Source: Ignavibacteriota bacterium (GTDB taxonomy: Bacteria; Bacteroidota; Ignavibacteria; UBA10030). Taken from it: a DNA stretch of 64,000 nt. Below are positions 60,095-64,000 of this stretch, in pieces (position 1 is the stretch's first letter; every line of letters starts with the position of its first letter). Under the pieces are notes generated by a model. That model made no database searches and was not told the origin of the DNA. It worked only from the letters and a program-made list of their open reading frames with translations. The position numbers and the translations under genes are program-made. The stretch covers positions 160,001 through 224,000 of the forward strand of contig CAVSHO010000001.1 in the NCBI GenBank assembly GCA_963727825.1, read 5' to 3'.

Positions 60095-60277
60095 TTATCG
60101 TGGGTACCAACTTTTCCAATCTAAATGGTCAGGTGTGTACTTAACCAGATAATCATGAGAAAGAAATCCTGCCAGGAATCCGATAAGAAGTGATAATACG
60201 ATAACAATTACCATGTGCTGAAATCGGGTTCTTCCTTCAGGTAATTCTTCTTCCACTAAATCTTTTTGTTCTTTCAT
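60095..60277 (-). CDS. Small single-TM protein between kdpB and kdpD
   Basis: GAGG RBS; 60 aa, acidic N-terminus, TM MVIVIVLSLLIGFLAGFL. Confidence 0.6.
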   Translation of the reverse strand: MKEQKDLVEEELPEGRTRFQHMVIVIVLSLLIGFLAGFLSHDYLVKYTPDHLDWKSWYPR

Positions 60278-60303
60278 ATCCTCGATCCCCCTTCTTGGCA
60301 TAA

Positions 60304-62406
60304 TTAAATAATCCTCATTGCTACCATCAGCATATCGATCAACTTGATGCCTATAAACGGAGCGATGACACCGCCGACTCCATAAATGAGCAAGTGTTTT
60401 CGAAGTAATTGCACCGCACTCATAGGCCGATATTTCACACCTTTCAACGCCAAGGGAATTAATGCCACAATGATTAACGCATTAAAGATGACTGCGGACA
60501 GAATGGCGCTTTCGGGCGTGGCAAGTTTCATAATATTTAATGCATTCAATACTGGATACGTGGTTGCAAATGCAGCGGGAATAATGGCAAAGTATTTTGC
60601 AACATCGTTTGCGATGCTGAATGTAGTAAGAGTTCCGCGTGTCATTAGAAGCTGCTTGCCGATTTCTACGATCTCCATCAGTTTTGTCGGATTGCTGTCG
60701 AGATCGATCATATTAGCAGCTTCACGCGCAGACTGCGTACCGGTATTCATTGCCACAGCGACGTCTGCTTGAGCGAGCGCCGGAGCGTCGTTAGTTCCAT
60801 CGCCGGTCATTGCGACGAGCCGTCCGCCTTTTTGATAATCACGAATCAATTTCAATTTATCTTCCGGCTTTGCTTCAGCAAGAAAATCATCTACACCGGC
60901 TTCAGCTGCGATGGCAGTTGCTGTCAAAGGATTATCGCCGGTGATCATGACTGTTTTAATTCCCATCTTGCGCAAGTGAGCAAACCGATCTTTAATTCCA
61001 CCTTTAACAATATCTTTCAAATGAATAACACCGAGTACTTCCTTGTTTTCGGCGACAACCAACGGAGTGGCACCGGCGCGACTGATATCCTGCACTGTCT
61101 GCTGGACTGCAGATGGAAACACGCCGCCCTGTTGTTCGATATAGAGTTTCATTGCCTCAGTAGCGCCTTTTCTGATAATCCGTTTACCATTTTTCCCTTC
61201 GGGCTGAATGTCAGCTCCGCTCATGCGCGTTTGTGCACTGAAGGGAACAAAATGTGCTGCAATCTCATGAATATCTCGACCGCGCAGGCCATATTTCTCT
61301 TTGGCAAGAATAACTATTGACCTGCCTTCTGGTGTTTCATCTGCAAGCGAGGCGAGCTGCGCTGCATCCGCTAAACGTTCTTTGGAAATTCCTGGTGCGG
61401 GAGTGAATTCCGTCGCCATTCGATTTCCGAGCGTTATCGTACCGGTCTTATCCAGCAGCAGAACATCGACATCGCCGGCAGCTTCAATAGCTCGCCCGGA
61501 AGTCGCTATCACATTATGCCGAATCATCCTGTCCATGCCGGCAATTCCGATTGCGGAAAGAAGTCCGCCGATCGTCGTAGGAATCAAACAGACAAGGAGG
61601 GCAACGAGCACTGTTACGGTAACAGGCGCTCCATGGCCTGCGACCTCAACACTAAACAGTGAAAAAGGAAGAAGTGTTACGCATACGATAAGAAAAATAA
61701 TGGTGAATGCGGCAAGCAAAATATTGAGAGCTATTTCATTTGGAGTTTTTTGCCGCTTGGCGCCTTCAATCAGATGTATCATTCTATCGAGGAAACCGCC
61801 ACCGGGTTCTATGGTCACACGAATAATCAGCCAATCGGAAAGTACGCGCGTACCTCCTGTGACTGCACTCCGATCACCACCGGATTCACGAATGACAGGG
61901 GCACTCTCGCCGGTAATCGCGCTTTCATCCACGGACGCGATGCCTTCCACTACCTCACCATCAGCTGCAATAATATCTCCAGCTTCAACAAGATAGATAT
62001 CTTCTTTTTGTAAATCTGTGGATGTGATGACATCAAAGGTCGAGTTCCGTTGAGGATTGTGCAGACGTTTTGCCGTTGTGTCCCGGCGTGAGCGGCGTAA
62101 TGCTTCCGCCTGCGCTTTTCCACGTCCTTCCGCCAATGCTTCAGAAAAGTTTGCGAAGAGAACCGTGAACCACAACCAAAGCGACACAAAACCAATGTAC
62201 CATGCCGGTGCTTCCCCAGTGCCGAATAATGCTTGAATCCATAATGCCGTTGTGAGGACACTTCCTACTTCCACTACAAACATCACGGGATTTCGTGCCA
62301 TCTTCCATGGATTTAATTTTCTTATGGAATCGATACATGCGCGAAGATACATTTCCCGATTCAATCCTAAAGGCTTTTTCAATTGCTGTGAATTCAAAGT
62401 TGCCAT
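60304..62406 (-). CDS. kdpB: K+-transporting ATPase subunit B
   Basis: [50 protein letters not shown]. Confidence 0.97.
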   Translation of the reverse strand: MATLNSQQLKKPLGLNREMYLRACIDSIRKLNPWKMARNPVMFVVEVGSVLTTALWIQALFGTGEAPAWYIGFVSLWLWFTVLFANFSEALAEGRGKAQAEALRRSRRDTTAKRLHNPQRNSTFDVITSTDLQKEDIYLVEAGDIIAADGEVVEGIASVDESAITGESAPVIRESGGDRSAVTGGTRVLSDWLIIRVTIEPGGGFLDRMIHLIEGAKRQKTPNEIALNILLAAFTIIFLIVCVTLLPFSLFSVEVAGHGAPVTVTVLVALLVCLIPTTIGGLLSAIGIAGMDRMIRHNVIATSGRAIEAAGDVDVLLLDKTGTITLGNRMATEFTPAPGISKERLADAAQLASLADETPEGRSIVILAKEKYGLRGRDIHEIAAHFVPFSAQTRMSGADIQPEGKNGKRIIRKGATEAMKLYIEQQGGVFPSAVQQTVQDISRAGATPLVVAENKEVLGVIHLKDIVKGGIKDRFAHLRKMGIKTVMITGDNPLTATAIAAEAGVDDFLAEAKPEDKLKLIRDYQKGGRLVAMTGDGTNDAPALAQADVAVAMNTGTQSAREAANMIDLDSNPTKLMEIVEIGKQLLMTRGTLTTFSIANDVAKYFAIIPAAFATTYPVLNALNIMKLATPESAILSAVIFNALIIVALIPLALKGVKYRPMSAVQLLRKHLLIYGVGGVIAPFIGIKLIDMLMVAMRII

Positions 62407-62427
62407 TCTATAATTTCCTTCTTTCTA

Positions 62428-64000
62428 CTAATGTATCATCAATAAATGTTCAACGATCGGGCCGAGCGCGAGAGCTGGCAAGAAATTTAATGCACCAACA
62501 ATCAAGACTACTGCGATAAGCCAGAAAATAAACAATGGCGTATGTGTCGGTAATGTTCCTTCAGATGCAGGAACCAGTTTCTTTTTGACAAGAGAGCCTG
62601 CGAGCGCTAATGTTGGGACGGCAAGCCAATACCGGCCGATCAACATTGCCAATCCACCAGTGAGATTGTAAAATGGTGTGTTCACGTTTGCGCCGGCAAA
62701 AGCGCTTCCATTATTATTTGCTTGCGAAGTAAAGACATAGAGAATCTCACTAAATCCATGAGGACCGGGATTCATTATCCCCGCTTTTCCAGCAGCGGTG
62801 ACAACCGCAATTGCTGTAAGAACAAGAACCGTGATCGGCATAATGAGAATTAAGAGGGATGCCATTTTCATTTCGTACGCCTCAATTTTATGGCCAAGAT
62901 ATTCGGGTGTGCGGCCGACAAGTAATCCAGCCACGAATACAGCGACAATAACAAAGATCAGCATTCCGTAAAGTCCAGACCCAACCCCGCCGAAGACAAC
63001 TTCCCCAAGATGAAGCATAATGAGCGCTATCATTCCACCGAGCGGTGTGTAAGAATCGTGCATGGAATTCACGGAACCATTTGAAGCAGCTGTTGTTGCA
63101 GTTGCCCAAACGGCAGAATTAGGTATGCCGAACCGCACTTCCTTTCCCTCCATATTGCCGCCAGGATTGATGGAAGTCGATTGTTGATTTACCCCGAGTG
63201 CAGTGAGTTTCGGATTGCCTGAACCTTCAAGACTGTACATCCAAAACACTGCTACGACAAGTATCATCATCATAGCAGCAAAGATCGCCCACCCCTGGCG
63301 TGTATCCTTTACCATCTTACCAAATGTGTAACACAACGCCGCAGGTATGAGTAGAATTGCAAGCATCTCTAAGAAATCCGTCAGTGGTGTCGGATTCTCA
63401 TACGGATGAGCTGAATTGACGTTAAAAAAACCGCCGCCGTTTGTACCCAGTTGCTTAATAGCAATCTGAGATGCCACAGGCCCCATTGCTAGAACTTGGT
63501 CTGTTACTTTCACACCGCTGGTGTCGGCTGTTACCTGGAGAAAAGGTACTGAGACGTATGCAGAATTATTTTGGATAACTCCCTGCGAAACAAGTACAAG
63601 CGAGAAGATAATTGCAAGAGGTAGAAGTATATAAAGTGTACTGCGAGTCATATCCACCCAAAAATTTCCAAGGGTCTTTGCCGAGTGACGAGCGATTCCG
63701 CGAATGAAAAGTGCAAGCAGAGCCATTCCTGTTGCCGCTGAAACAAAATTTTGTACCGTCAGGCCGAGCATCTGCGTTAAGTAGCTCATGGTTGTCTCGC
63801 CACCATATCCTTGCCAGTTTGTATTAGAAGCAAAGCTGACGGCGGTATTGAATGAAGAATCTGGAGTAACGGCTGCCATTCCCTGAGGATTCAAGGGAAG
63901 AAATTGCTGCAAACGTTGCAACGCGTACACAAACAAAAAACCGACAAAATTAAAAAGAAGCATTGCGAGAGCATTTGCCTTCCAATCCATCTCCTCATCA
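62428..64000 (-). CDS. kdpA: K+-transporting ATPase subunit A (5' truncated by window)
   Basis: NTNWQ.Y, QNFVSAATG, KQLGTNGGGFF, MEGKEVRFG, SNGSVN, NNGSAFAG. Confidence 0.97.
   Translation of the reverse strand, partial: DEEMDWKANALAMLLFNFVGFLFVYALQRLQQFLPLNPQGMAAVTPDSSFNTAVSFASNTNWQGYGGETTMSYLTQMLGLTVQNFVSAATGMALLALFIRGIARHSAKTLGNFWVDMTRSTLYILLPLAIIFSLVLVSQGVIQNNSAYVSVPFLQVTADTSGVKVTDQVLAMGPVASQIAIKQLGTNGGGFFNVNSAHPYENPTPLTDFLEMLAILLIPAALCYTFGKMVKDTRQGWAIFAAMMMILVVAVFWMYSLEGSGNPKLTALGVNQQSTSINPGGNMEGKEVRFGIPNSAVWATATTAASNGSVNSMHDSYTPLGGMIALIMLHLGEVVFGGVGSGLYGMLIFVIVAVFVAGLLVGRTPEYLGHKIEAYEMKMASLLILIMPITVLVLTAIAVVTAAGKAGIMNPGPHGFSEILYVFTSQANNNGSAFAGANVNTPFYNLTGGLAMLIGRYWLAVPTLALAGSLVKKKLVPASEGTLPTHTPLFIFWLIAVVLIVGALNFLPALALGPIVEHLLMIH

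Noticed and set aside
57545-62519. Long plus-strand ORFs antisense to kdpD/kdpB (and similar shadow ORFs across the window)
   Set aside because: They overlap well-supported genes on the opposite strand and have no motifs
1-64000. CRISPR array, rRNA or integron integrase
   Set aside because: No regularly spaced direct repeats, rRNA-like sequence or tyrosine recombinase ORF was seen

Overview
Bacterial chromosomal segment. Gene content (gldAFG-like ABC genes, PPIase-MoxR-VWA cluster, C-terminal YPNPFN sorting domain, DUF4159/DUF4175) suggests an Ignavibacteria-like FCB-group organism; this is an inference. Most of it is housekeeping: serC/serA/DUF1015, AddAB-like helicase-nuclease, LptD, tig-clpP-clpX, lysA, glnS and kdpABDE. 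The most unusual feature is at 49672-49850: a complete tRNA-Leu(TAG) sits inside the anticodon arm of a second, anticodon-less tRNA-Leu-like scaffold and is clamped by a perfect 12-bp inverted repeat. That clamp resembles a TCCCG..CGGGA palindrome family seen elsewhere in the window. Other notable items are an integrase-less integron cassette array (about 22.0-27.1 kb) with one canonical attC and an HNH nuclease cassette, a RAYT transposase with GTAG REPs, a kdp operon with a 60-aa membrane ORF where kdpC normally lies, and five single-base frameshifts that are probably assembly errors. All family assignments come from motif recognition by eye, not database searches.
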